A stretch of 36,548 bases of DNA from a virus. Every line of letters begins with the position of its first letter. The stretch's first letter is position 1. Where the stretch lies: the IMG/VR virus record IMGVR_UViG_3300045988_076321. The stretch is one strand, 5' to 3'. The notes under the pieces are model-generated. The model searched no databases and was not told the DNA's origin. It saw nothing but the letters and a program-made list of their open reading frames with translations. The position numbers were made by a program, and so were the translations under genes. Below are positions 8,182 through 17,122 of this stretch, piece by piece.

Positions 8182-10104
8182 GTGCCTGGTGTTTCGACAC
8201 CTATGACGATCCGCGACGGTATGTCCGCGAAGCTGAAGCGGATCACGTCCGCCTTTCAAAAAATGGAACGCGCCGCCAGGTCTGCGGACAAGGCCACCCA
8301 GGCCGTGAACCCTGGCCGGACCCTGGAAAACAGCGCGTCTTTGATCGACCGCGCCCGAAAGCGCCTGGACGCCTTTATCAACAGGCAGAGGGACGCCGGC
8401 AAGGGGGCGGAAGAAGTTTCCGACGCCTGGTCACGAACGGAAGGCCTGATCAAGAAGGCCCTGGCGGTCTTTTCGGTCGCCGCCGTCAAAGGCCAGATTC
8501 AAAAGGCCCTGGAAGAGTTTTCGAACCAGTACAACGCCGAAGTCCAACTGGGCGTCGTTATGAAGAACGCCGGCATGGACCAGAAAGCCTTCGACGCGAT
8601 CCGCGACAGGGCGTCCGCCCTTGAATCGAAGACTACCTTCGGCGGCGACACCTTCGTCGCCGGCGCGGCCGAACTGGGAACCTATCTGAAGGACCCCGAA
8701 GCCCTTTCCGCGGCTATGGGGACCCTTGCCAACTACGCCGCCGGCATGGGCGGCCCGTCTGTGGATCAAAGCCAGATGGTCGAATACGCGACCCAGCTTG
8801 GCAAGGCCTTAGATGGCACCTATGACGGCCTGAAGAAGAAGGGCTTCGAACTGACTGAAGCACAGCAGAAGATCATAGAAACTGGAACCGACATGGAAAA
8901 GGTCGCTGTGATCAACGACGTGATCAATCAGTCCTGGGCCGGACTGGCCGAATCCTACGCCAACACCCCCACCGGCAAGATCGAGCAGTTCAAGAACAAG
9001 ATCGGGCAACTGTACGAAGCGGCCGGACAGAAGCTGGTCGGCGGCGTCATGCGCCTTTTGACGGCGGTGACGAACCTTCTGGACACCATTCAGAACACCG
9101 GCGCCCTGGACGGCGTCTGTGTCGCCCTGAACGTGGTCATGGGGCTTCTGGGCTATGCGGCGACCGCCGTGTCCTGGATCGCCCAGGTGGTCGTCGACAA
9201 CTGGCCCACCGTGTCCGCTATCCTGACGGCAATCGCGATCGTTCTTCTTCCGGCCATGATCTCCCGCCTGTGGGCTACCGTGGCGCCTGTCCTGGCCCAG
9301 GCCGCGGCCTGGGCGCTTGCAAATGCGCCGCTTATTATGATGATCGCCCTGGTCGCCCTTCTGATCTCCGCCGCAATGGACGCCGGCGTCACCATTGAAG
9401 ACGTCGTGGGCTTCGTTGGCGGCCTTCTGGGCGGCCTGTATGCCTTCGGCTACAACCTGATCGCCGACATTTGGAACTTCATCGCCACATTTGCGGAGTT
9501 CTTCGCGAACGTCTTCGTCGATCCGATCGGTTCCATTGAACGCCTGTTCCTGGGACTGGCGGATTCCGTCCTGGGCGTCCTGGAAACCATAGCGAACGCG
9601 ATCGACGCGGTCTTCGGATCGAGCCTGTCGGACGCCGTCGGCAACTGGCGAAGCGGCCTTCAGGCGAAGATCGAAGCCAGCTATGGAGAAAACGCCGTCC
9701 GCTATGACCGTATGGAGAAGATCGACACGGCCAGCACGGCGGCCGCCTGGTCCACCGGCGCGAAGGGAATCGCGAACAACCTTTCCCAGATCACCGGCAA
9801 ACTGGACAGCCTGACTTCTTCCTGGGACGTGTCCCGCTCCACCGGCACGATCAACGGCGGGGACCTGGACAGCGTCGGTTCCGTCGGCAAGATCGACAGC
9901 GACGTCAATATCGCCGACGAAGACCTGAAGTTCCTTCGCGACGTGGCCGAAATGCGCTATGTCCAGAACTTCGTCACCCTGACCCCGACCGTCGCGATGG
10001 ACGCCCAGATCAGCGAACGCGTGGACCTGGACGACGTCGTCAGCGCGATCGAACGGAAACTGGAAGGTGAGTTCATCGCCGCCGCAGAAGGAGTGTATAA
10101 CTAA
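8182..10104 (+). CDS. Tail tape measure protein
   Basis: 640 aa. It has a helical N-terminal half, a central hydrophobic/Gly-rich block (...AILTAIAIVLLPAMISRLWATVAPVLAQAAAWALANAPLIMMIALVALLISAAM...) and lies after the chaperone genes. The start is uncertain (GTG 8182 or ATG 8203). Confidence 0.85.
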   Translation: MPGVSTPMTIRDGMSAKLKRITSAFQKMERAARSADKATQAVNPGRTLENSASLIDRARKRLDAFINRQRDAGKGAEEVSDAWSRTEGLIKKALAVFSVAAVKGQIQKALEEFSNQYNAEVQLGVVMKNAGMDQKAFDAIRDRASALESKTTFGGDTFVAGAAELGTYLKDPEALSAAMGTLANYAAGMGGPSVDQSQMVEYATQLGKALDGTYDGLKKKGFELTEAQQKIIETGTDMEKVAVINDVINQSWAGLAESYANTPTGKIEQFKNKIGQLYEAAGQKLVGGVMRLLTAVTNLLDTIQNTGALDGVCVALNVVMGLLGYAATAVSWIAQVVVDNWPTVSAILTAIAIVLLPAMISRLWATVAPVLAQAAAWALANAPLIMMIALVALLISAAMDAGVTIEDVVGFVGGLLGGLYAFGYNLIADIWNFIATFAEFFANVFVDPIGSIERLFLGLADSVLGVLETIANAIDAVFGSSLSDAVGNWRSGLQAKIEASYGENAVRYDRMEKIDTASTAAAWSTGAKGIANNLSQITGKLDSLTSSWDVSRSTGTINGGDLDSVGSVGKIDSDVNIADEDLKFLRDVAEMRYVQNFVTLTPTVAMDAQISERVDLDDVVSAIERKLEGEFIAAAEGVYN

Positions 10105-10760
10105 TGAGCCGATACAGAATGACCCTGATCGCGGGGGGACGGGAAATCAACATTCCCGTCCTTCCCGCTTCCCTGAAGGTGTCTTCCCCTGGCAAGAACG
10201 AACGGACGACCGTCCTTGAACTGGGCGAAGTCCTGATCCTTCGGAAGAAGGGGCTTCGGACCATCGAATGGGACAGCTTCTTCCCGAAGTCCAGCGCCCC
10301 CTATACCACGGGCCAAGTCCGGAACCCGACCGCCATTATCCAGGCGATCCAGTCCGCCAGGGACGGCCGGACACCCCTTCGCTTCCTGATCACCGGAACG
10401 GACCTGGACATGAACGTCAAAATGGGCGTGGAGTCCTTCGAGTACGAAGAGCGGTCCGGCGAACTGGGGGACTTCTACTATTCGATCAAGCTGTATGAAT
10501 GGCGGGACTATTCCGCGAAGCGGATCACCCTCCCCGCCCAGAAGTCGGAGCCGGCGAAGGCCCAGGAACCGACCAGGGCCGGCCAGCCGGCCAGCAAACC
10601 GAAAACCTACACCGTGAAGTCTGGGGACTGCCTGTGGAACATCGCGAAGGCGCTGTACGGCAACGGGGCGGACTACACGAAAATCTATAACGCCAACAAG
10701 GGGACGATCGGGAAAAATCCGAACCTGATCTACCCTGGACAGACGTTCACGATCCCCTGA
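10104..10760 (+). CDS. LysM-domain tail protein (XkdP-like)
   Basis: C-terminal LysM motif YTVKSGDCLWNIAKALYGNGADYTKIYNANKGTIGKNPNLIYPGQTFTIP. The ATG overlaps the tape measure stop. Confidence 0.85.
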   Translation: MSRYRMTLIAGGREINIPVLPASLKVSSPGKNERTTVLELGEVLILRKKGLRTIEWDSFFPKSSAPYTTGQVRNPTAIIQAIQSARDGRTPLRFLITGTDLDMNVKMGVESFEYEERSGELGDFYYSIKLYEWRDYSAKRITLPAQKSEPAKAQEPTRAGQPASKPKTYTVKSGDCLWNIAKALYGNGADYTKIYNANKGTIGKNPNLIYPGQTFTIP

Positions 10761-10761
10761 T

Positions 10762-11718
10762 ATGGCTATCTCTATTCTTTACCAGAACAACGTGACCGGC
10801 GCCGCGCATGACGTGACGACGCTGATCACGGCGGCAAAGTGGACGACGAAAAGGTCCGGTTCCCCCGCTTCCCTGACCGTGACCGCAATCGTCGACGACG
10901 CCGTGGCGTGGAACCCTGGCGGGATTCTGGTCCTGAAGAACGGTTCCACGGGCCTTTTTTATGGCTACGTCGTGAAGATCAGCCAGAGCGAAAAGGACCA
11001 GGTCCAGATCACAGCCTACGATCAGACCTGGTATTTGAAGAAAAACAAGGAAACCTATGTCTTCACCGGCAAGCGCGCCGACCAGATCGTGAAGCAGATC
11101 GCCGAAGACTTCAAGCTGAAGACCGGCACCCTGGCGAACACCGGCTACGCGATCCCCTCCATGATTGAGGACGGCCAGACGCTTTTCGACATCGCCCTGA
11201 AGGCAATCGACCTGACCCTGATCAACACGGGGAAAATGTTCGTCCTGTGGGACGACTTCGGTTCCCTGGCGATCACGGACGTCGAAACGGCGAAGCTGGA
11301 CCTGTTCGTGGGCGACGGGAGCCTTGCCACCGGCTACACCTACGACCAGGACATAGATTCCGACACCTACAACAAAATCAAGCTGGTCAAGGACAATAAG
11401 ACCACCGGCAAACGTGACGTCTACATCTACCAGGATTCGAAGAACATGACCCTGTGGGGAATCCTTCAGGACTATGAAACGGTCGACGAAAGCATGAACG
11501 AAGCCCAGATCAAAGAGCGGGGCGCGAAAATGCTGGAACTTTACAACCGGCCGTCGCGGTCCTTCAGCCTGAACGCGATCGCGGACCTGTCCGTCCGTGC
11601 CGGCCGCGTCCTGTATATCGGGATCGGCGCCGTGGGCGTGAAGTCCTTCTTCCTGATTGAGGAAGCCACGCATGACCTGTTGAAGGAAACAATGACCCTG
11701 AAATTAAAGGTGGTGTGA
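10762..11718 (+). CDS. Baseplate hub/tail protein (XkdQ-like)
   Basis: 318-aa ORF whose order after the LysM protein matches PBSX xkdP-xkdQ. Confidence 0.65.
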   Translation: MAISILYQNNVTGAAHDVTTLITAAKWTTKRSGSPASLTVTAIVDDAVAWNPGGILVLKNGSTGLFYGYVVKISQSEKDQVQITAYDQTWYLKKNKETYVFTGKRADQIVKQIAEDFKLKTGTLANTGYAIPSMIEDGQTLFDIALKAIDLTLINTGKMFVLWDDFGSLAITDVETAKLDLFVGDGSLATGYTYDQDIDSDTYNKIKLVKDNKTTGKRDVYIYQDSKNMTLWGILQDYETVDESMNEAQIKERGAKMLELYNRPSRSFSLNAIADLSVRAGRVLYIGIGAVGVKSFFLIEEATHDLLKETMTLKLKVV

Positions 11719-11719
11719 C

Positions 11720-12124
11720 ATGGGCCTTTTAGACACGATGAAGAAAGTCGCGGAGAACACCAACGCCGCCGGCGCGCCGACGGCCTGGTTCTTCGGGAAG
11801 GTGACGAAGACGTCGCCCCTGACGATCCGCGTGGATAACCGCTTCGACATATCCGGCGAAGCGATCGTCGTTCCGAAGGAACTTCAGGCCGGCTACTATC
11901 CCACGCACTACCACACCGGCATGAAGGGCGGCCCTTCCACCGAAGAAAAGGGCGGCGGGAGCGGCGAAGCGGCCTTCGCTTCCCATTCCCACGTCCTGAA
12001 GAGCAACTACCAAACCAACACCGACAAAACGTCGGAATACTATTACGGACTGGCCGTCGGCGACAAGGTGATCCTTCTTCGGAACCAGGGCGGACAGGCC
12101 TTTCTTGTCCTGGGGAGGGTGTGA
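11720..12124 (+). CDS. Baseplate protein (XkdR/DUF2577-like)
   Basis: 134-aa ORF. Call rests on synteny with the PBSX tail module. Confidence 0.55.
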   Translation: MGLLDTMKKVAENTNAAGAPTAWFFGKVTKTSPLTIRVDNRFDISGEAIVVPKELQAGYYPTHYHTGMKGGPSTEEKGGGSGEAAFASHSHVLKSNYQTNTDKTSEYYYGLAVGDKVILLRNQGGQAFLVLGRV

Positions 12125-12127
12125 CCT

Positions 12128-12553
12128 ATGATTCCTAACGCGACCACCGTGAAGATCGGCGAAGACCTGGAAGTCCAGACCGCCGCCGAAGCCCCTTCGC
12201 GGACCTACAAGATCGACTTCGACGCCGGCCGCGTCGGCGGCTTCTGCGATGAAACGGAAGCCATGAAGCAAGCGATCTATAAAATCCTTCAGACGGAGCG
12301 GTTCGCCTACCTGATCTATTCCTGGAACTATGGAATTGAACTGGACGCAGTCGTCGGAAAAAGCTATCAGGTGTTTGAAAGTGAAATCAAGCGCGTGATC
12401 ACCGAAGCCCTTCTGGCGGACAGCCGGATCACCGACGTCACCGACTTCGAAGTCACCCAGATCGACAAGCGGACGGCGTCCGTGAAGTTCACCGCCGAAA
12501 CCATCTTCGGCGAAATCCCTATCGAAAGAGAGGTCGGCGACAATGCTGTATGA
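12128..12553 (+). CDS. Baseplate wedge protein (XkdS/DUF2634, gp25-like)
   Basis: 141-aa ORF immediately before the baseplate J gene. Confidence 0.55.
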   Translation: MIPNATTVKIGEDLEVQTAAEAPSRTYKIDFDAGRVGGFCDETEAMKQAIYKILQTERFAYLIYSWNYGIELDAVVGKSYQVFESEIKRVITEALLADSRITDVTDFEVTQIDKRTASVKFTAETIFGEIPIEREVGDNAV

Positions 12554-13625
12554 GAACATGACCTTCGAAAACATCATGGACCGGTGCCTTTCCCGCGTGG
12601 CCGCTTCCATCGACAAGCGGGAAGGTTCGGTCGTCTACGACGCGATCGCGCCGGCGGCCGCCGAACTGGCGATCATGTATATCGAACTGGCCTACCTTCT
12701 GGACCGTGCCTTCCCCGACACAGAGGAAGGCGACGACCTGACCCTGAAGTGTCAGGAACGAAGCGTCTTCCGAACGCCGGCCACGGCCGCGGTCCGGAAG
12801 GGCTACTTCGAGGACGGGGACGGCGGGGCGATGGACGTCCCGATCGGTTCCCGCTATTCCGGCGACGCCCTGAACTACGTCGTGACAGAGAAGATCGCCA
12901 CCGGCCAGTTCAAACTTCTGTGTGAAACGGCCGGAGCCGCCGGCAACCAGTACCAGGGGAACCTTTTCCCGATCGACTATGTGGAAGGTCTGGGCGCCGC
13001 GCGTCTGGCCGACATTCTGATCAACGGCGAAGACGAAGAGAGCGACGCCGACCTTCTGGCCCGATATAAGGAAAGCCTGGAATCCCAGGCATACGGCGGC
13101 AATATCGCCGACTACCGGACGAAGGTCGAACTGCTTCAGGGCGTGGGCGCTGTGAAGGTGTTCCCCGTCTGGAACGGCGGCGGGACCGTGAAGATCGTCT
13201 TCGTGAACAGCGACTGGGGCGTCCCGTCTTCGACCCTGGTCGACACCGTCCAGACCGCCGTCGACCCCACCCAGAACCAGGGCGAAGGCGCCGGGATCGC
13301 GCCGATCGGCCACGTCGTCACCGTCGTCGGCGTCACCGGAACGGCGATCAGCGTGTCCTTCAAGCTGACCTTCGCCACCGGCTACGCCTGGGACACCGTG
13401 AAGACCGCCGTCACGAAGGCAATCCAGGACTACTTCGTGGCCCTGGCGAAGGACTGGGCGAACCAGTCGGGGATCACCGTCCGCGTGTCCCAGGTGGAAA
13501 CGAAGGTCCTGTCCGTGGACGGCGTGATCGACATCACGGGGACGACGATCAACGGCGGAACCCAGAATATCGTCCTGGCGTCCGACGCGATCCCCGTCAT
13601 GGGAGGGATCACGAATGAAACTTAA
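12543..13625 (+). CDS. Baseplate J-like protein (XkdT-like)
   Basis: 360 aa. The N-terminus ...FENIMDRCLSRVAASIDKREGSVVYDAIAPAAAELA... is typical of the baseplate J family. The gene overlaps both neighbours. Confidence 0.8.
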   Translation: MLYENMTFENIMDRCLSRVAASIDKREGSVVYDAIAPAAAELAIMYIELAYLLDRAFPDTEEGDDLTLKCQERSVFRTPATAAVRKGYFEDGDGGAMDVPIGSRYSGDALNYVVTEKIATGQFKLLCETAGAAGNQYQGNLFPIDYVEGLGAARLADILINGEDEESDADLLARYKESLESQAYGGNIADYRTKVELLQGVGAVKVFPVWNGGGTVKIVFVNSDWGVPSSTLVDTVQTAVDPTQNQGEGAGIAPIGHVVTVVGVTGTAISVSFKLTFATGYAWDTVKTAVTKAIQDYFVALAKDWANQSGITVRVSQVETKVLSVDGVIDITGTTINGGTQNIVLASDAIPVMGGITNET

Positions 13626-14142
13626 AGACTACTGGCCGCGCTGTCTTCAGGACCTGGTCGAGTTCCAGCAGATCGCCAACGCGGAACAGCCGGAGTTCGA
13701 AACGGCCCTGGACGACGTCAGGACGGCCGCTGACGACTTCTTCCTGGCGACCCTATCCGAATATGGGTGTCAACGCTGGGAAGCCATCATGGGCCTTCAT
13801 ACGGCCGACGGGGACACCCTGGAAGCGCGCCGCGAACGGATTCTGATCAAGTACCTTGACCAGCTTCCCTATACATACAGGACCCTTCTGAAGTACCTGA
13901 AGACCATCACGGACGACTTCACCGTCACCCTGGACGAAAACGCCTATGACCTGTTCATTCGAATCCGCCTGGAAGGCTATTCCCAGCGGGACGCCCTGAT
14001 CGCCACCCTGGGCCAGATGATCCCCGCGAACCTGGTCCTTCGGCTGAAGGCAGACATTCCCCAGACGGACGAACCGGCCCAGACGGCGGCCTGTTCCGCT
14101 ATGGTCACGATGAACCGGCACGTCTACACGCCGGCCACATAA
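13615..14142 (+). CDS. Tail protein (XkdU/DUF2313-like)
   Basis: 175-aa ORF after baseplate J. ...YWPRCLQDLVEFQQIANAEQPEF... resembles the DUF2313 family. Confidence 0.65.
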   Translation: MKLKDYWPRCLQDLVEFQQIANAEQPEFETALDDVRTAADDFFLATLSEYGCQRWEAIMGLHTADGDTLEARRERILIKYLDQLPYTYRTLLKYLKTITDDFTVTLDENAYDLFIRIRLEGYSQRDALIATLGQMIPANLVLRLKADIPQTDEPAQTAACSAMVTMNRHVYTPAT

Positions 14143-14155
14143 GGAGGAAAACCAC

Positions 14156-14902
14156 ATGGCAAGATTTAAGTCTATCGTCACGGACGCCGGAGCGGCGGCC
14201 CTGACGGCCCTGATCGCGGCCGGAAAGCCGCTGATCCTGACCCGTGCGGCGGCCGGAAGCGGCGTCGCCACCGTCAGCCCGAACACCCTGGCGGACCTGG
14301 TGACGCCGGAGAACGTCGCCGTGAGCCTGGGCGAAAAGGATCTGATCGAGGGCGACCCCGCGATCATGCGAATCCCCGTCCAGGTGACGAACGAAGCCCT
14401 GGACGCCCCTGTCTGGATCAGGGAAGTCGCCGTCTACGGGAACACCATCGACAACACAGAAGTCATGTTCTGCTATGGCTGGCTGGACGGCGATGACAGC
14501 GACAACGTCCTTCCGGCGACGTCCTTCGAGGAAGACGCCGACACCGTCCATATCCACGACCTGGCCGTCTTCGTGACGAACCAGGAAGCCGCGTCCGTGT
14601 CCGTACAGGTGGCCCCTGGTTCCTATGTCACCCGTGAGCAAATGACCACCTACGCGGCGCCCCTGGTCCACACCCAGGGCGCGGACACCATCACCGAAAC
14701 CACCGGAGAGAACACGGAACAGGTCCAGCGCCGCCAGGACAGCGACATCGAAGCGATCAAGGAGCAGTTGAACACCGGCTTCACCGGAACCACCGTGACC
14801 CACACCTTCGCCCCCGCGCAGCTTTCCTACTGGAAGGGCTATGACGGGACCGGAGTTCCCGAAGGGATTCTGGACCAGACAAGGAACCGCCTGTATCTGT
14901 GA
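14156..14902 (+). CDS. Tail fibre / tail-collar fibre protein
   Basis: 248 aa. The N-terminus MARFKSIVTDAGAAALTALIAAGKPLILTRAAAGSG... resembles a phage tail-collar fibre N-terminal domain. It is the last gene of the Xkd-like baseplate block. Confidence 0.65.
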   Translation: MARFKSIVTDAGAAALTALIAAGKPLILTRAAAGSGVATVSPNTLADLVTPENVAVSLGEKDLIEGDPAIMRIPVQVTNEALDAPVWIREVAVYGNTIDNTEVMFCYGWLDGDDSDNVLPATSFEEDADTVHIHDLAVFVTNQEAASVSVQVAPGSYVTREQMTTYAAPLVHTQGADTITETTGENTEQVQRRQDSDIEAIKEQLNTGFTGTTVTHTFAPAQLSYWKGYDGTGVPEGILDQTRNRLYL

Positions 14903-15276
14903 CCAGGATCGCCGCCACGCCGTCGGAAACCTCTTGCCTTATATCGAACCTGTTCACGGAACTTCGTCCCGTGTGCGGCTTCTGTGAGGGCGACAGCGTG
15001 GTTCTTTGCGGCATGACCTACGCCGGCACGGAAGAAGCCGTGGTCCTTCGGGACTACGGCTTCGACTTTACCGGAGACGCCGCTGTGGTCGAGAATATCC
15101 GGAATCGAAGGTGTATCAATGGGATCGCGAAGAAACTACCAGCGGAGCCAGCCCAGCAAGGGCGAAAGCCCGCTTCACATTCTGCCCGTCGCGGACAAAA
15201 TGATCGGCTTCACCCTGTCGACGACCGACAACCCGAAGCGTTTTCCGAAGAAGATCAGATTTTCCGTGACGAATAA
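14899..15276 (+). CDS. Hypothetical protein upstream of avd; only the first roughly 73 codons look coding
   Basis: The GTG start overlaps the fibre stop (gtga). Codon style resembles neighbours up to about 15118. The remaining 158 nt overlap avd in another frame. Confidence 0.35.
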   Translation: MTRIAATPSETSCLISNLFTELRPVCGFCEGDSVVLCGMTYAGTEEAVVLRDYGFDFTGDAAVVENIRNRRCINGIAKKLPAEPAQQGRKPASHSARRGQNDRLHPVDDRQPEAFSEEDQIFRDE

Positions 15277-15577
15277 AATCCAGGGCCACGCCCTGGCGAT
15301 CTATGACTACCTGGTCGAAGCGAACGAAATCTTCCCCATAATGGACGACCAGGACAAGGCCGACCGCCTGAAACTTCAGCGCGCCGCGCTGACGGAGTGC
15401 AAGAAACTTTTGCACATGATCCAGCTTTCGAAGGACCGCGGCTATATTGACAGCGGGACCTTCGACTACTGGACGAAGCTGACGGTCGACGTGAAATGTA
15501 TGACCGCCCGATGGTACGACGCCGAACGGAAGACGGGAATCCCCGTCGAGCCGGCCGGCCCGATCCCTGAAGGCTGA
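15119..15577 (+). CDS. avd: DGR accessory variability determinant (Avd, four-helix-bundle protein)
   Basis: 152-aa basic helical ORF with RBS gaaggtg. ...LPVADKMIGFTLSTTDNPKRFPKKIRFSVTNKIQGHALAIYDYLVEANEI... matches the Avd / 23S-rRNA-IVS four-helix-bundle pattern. It sits immediately 5' of the TR. Confidence 0.8.
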   Translation: MGSRRNYQRSQPSKGESPLHILPVADKMIGFTLSTTDNPKRFPKKIRFSVTNKIQGHALAIYDYLVEANEIFPIMDDQDKADRLKLQRAALTECKKLLHMIQLSKDRGYIDSGTFDYWTKLTVDVKCMTARWYDAERKTGIPVEPAGPIPEG

Positions 15578-15604
15578 TCATAAATCATTAGGGAACGATC
15601 TGTC

Positions 15605-15709
15605 ACCCCGAACGCCGGCAACGCGAACAACGCGCGCAATGTCAACACGGACGGCAGTCTGAACAACAACAACGCGTACAACGGCAACAACGGCGTCCGG
15701 CCGGATTTG
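15605..15709 (+). repeat. DGR template repeat (TR)
   Basis: Non-coding 105-nt segment between avd and the RT, with 12 in-phase AAC triplets and 1 AAT. It is identical to VR1 and VR2 except at TR adenines. Confidence 0.95.
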
Positions 15710-15880
15710 GTGGAAAACGGGACTGATTAGGGCGGAAAGCCTGAAAACAGAGTATCACCAACAAAGGAGATCGTTTCCTTCCGAAGGGCCGCGACAGTCC
15801 CTTCGGTAAATACATGATTGACGACGAAAGGCCTTCAACAGCGACGGCCGGACTATCAGCGTCAAGGAGGATTTTTCTTT

Positions 15881-17122
15881 ATGAAGGATCAGGGAACGCC
15901 CGCCCATGACTTCGCGTCCGTGACGGACTTCAACAATCTATATCAATCGTTTACAGAAGCGCGCAAAGGGAAACGGTGGAAGTATTCCGTGTGCAAATAT
16001 GAAGCGAATGTCCTGGAAAACCTTCTGTTCATTCAGGTCATGCTTCAGCGCCATAAATACCGCCTGTCCCCGTACAACTGCTTCTTCGTGCATGAACCGA
16101 AAGAACGGCTGATCATGTATAACAGCTTCCGCGACAAGATCGTTCAGCATTGTTTATGTGAACAGGTCCTTGAACCGCTTCTTTCGAAGACATTCATCTA
16201 TGACAACTACGCGAGTCAGAAGGGCAAAGGGACCCACTTCGGCCTTGACCGACTGAAGGCGTTCATGGCGGCCTACTACCGCAAGAACGGCGCCGGCGGC
16301 TGGGTGCTGAAGTGCGACGTCCGCAAGTATTTCTATCGGATCAATCACGACGTTCTGAAGACCCAGCTTCGCCGGCTGATCAAGGACCGCGACGTCCTGT
16401 GGCTTCTGGACATGATCATCGACTCCACGGAGGGACCAGGGATTCCGATCGGGAACCACACTTCACAATGGTTCGCGATCCTCTACCTGTCCGACATGGA
16501 CCACATGATCAAGGAACGTCTGGGAATCAAATATTATGGCCGATACATGGACGACTTCTATTTGATACATGAGGACAGGGCCTATTTGCAGTTCTGCCTG
16601 GAAGAAATCCGCCGGTTCCTGGTCCCCCTGGGCCTGGAACTGAACCAGAAGACGGCCATATTCCCGTTATCCCAGGGGATCGACTTCCTGGGCTTTCGGA
16701 CCTACCTGACGGACAGCGGAAAGGTCGTCCGGAAGGTACGCCGTGAGAGCAAGAACCGGATCAGGCGGAAGATCACGAAGTTCCGCCACCTGGTAGACGA
16801 AGGCCGTGTCGACTTCGACACGGTCCTTCAGTCTTATAATTCCTGGACCGGCCACGCCGAACACGGCAACAGTTATCACCTGATCAGCGAGATCGACGAC
16901 CTGTTCTTCAACCTGTTCAGGAAAGAAATGGAGGGAAAACCCTATGGCGAAATCTCTATCCGCTTTGCCCGTTGGAAGCGTCGTCAAGTCGGCGAACACA
17001 AAGTACAACGGACAGGCGATCAGGTGGATCGTCGGCACACAGGACACGTCCCAGGGCCGAACGGGCCTGGTGACGGAAAAGATGATCACCCTGAAATGCT
17101 TCGACGCGAAGGAGTCCGGTAA
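15881..17122 (+). CDS. DGR reverse transcriptase
   Basis: RBS aaggagg sits 9 nt upstream of ATG 15881. RT motifs include ...GIPIGNHTSQWFAILYL... (DGR-type [IV]GxxxSQ) and ...YGRYMDDFYLIH... (YxDD). The last 179 nt overlap the downstream target gene out of frame. Confidence 0.95.
   Translation: MKDQGTPAHDFASVTDFNNLYQSFTEARKGKRWKYSVCKYEANVLENLLFIQVMLQRHKYRLSPYNCFFVHEPKERLIMYNSFRDKIVQHCLCEQVLEPLLSKTFIYDNYASQKGKGTHFGLDRLKAFMAAYYRKNGAGGWVLKCDVRKYFYRINHDVLKTQLRRLIKDRDVLWLLDMIIDSTEGPGIPIGNHTSQWFAILYLSDMDHMIKERLGIKYYGRYMDDFYLIHEDRAYLQFCLEEIRRFLVPLGLELNQKTAIFPLSQGIDFLGFRTYLTDSGKVVRKVRRESKNRIRRKITKFRHLVDEGRVDFDTVLQSYNSWTGHAEHGNSYHLISEIDDLFFNLFRKEMEGKPYGEISIRFARWKRRQVGEHKVQRTGDQVDRRHTGHVPGPNGPGDGKDDHPEMLRREGVR

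Noticed and set aside
8172-8624. 150-aa + strand ORF starting at ATG 8172/8175, an alternative frame at the tape measure 5' end.
   Set aside because: The translation is Arg/Pro/Gly-rich (RRQGGGRSFRR...) and lies entirely within the tape measure gene, whose own frame gives a typical helical TMP sequence.
15605-15709. Considered whether the three copies of the roughly 105-nt repeat (15605, 17592, 28312) are a CRISPR-like array, an IS fragment or a recent gene duplication.
   Set aside because: The copies are dispersed rather than arrayed, two lie inside ORFs, and every difference is at an adenine of the non-coding copy adjacent to an RT. That pattern is specific to DGR TR/VR sets.
15818-15880. 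The ORF-track start (TTG 15818) for the reverse transcriptase.
   Set aside because: ATG 15881 is preceded by a perfect aaggagg RBS at the right spacing. The upstream extension (TTKGLQQRRPDYQRQGGFFF) covers the TR-RT spacer, which is probably structured RNA.
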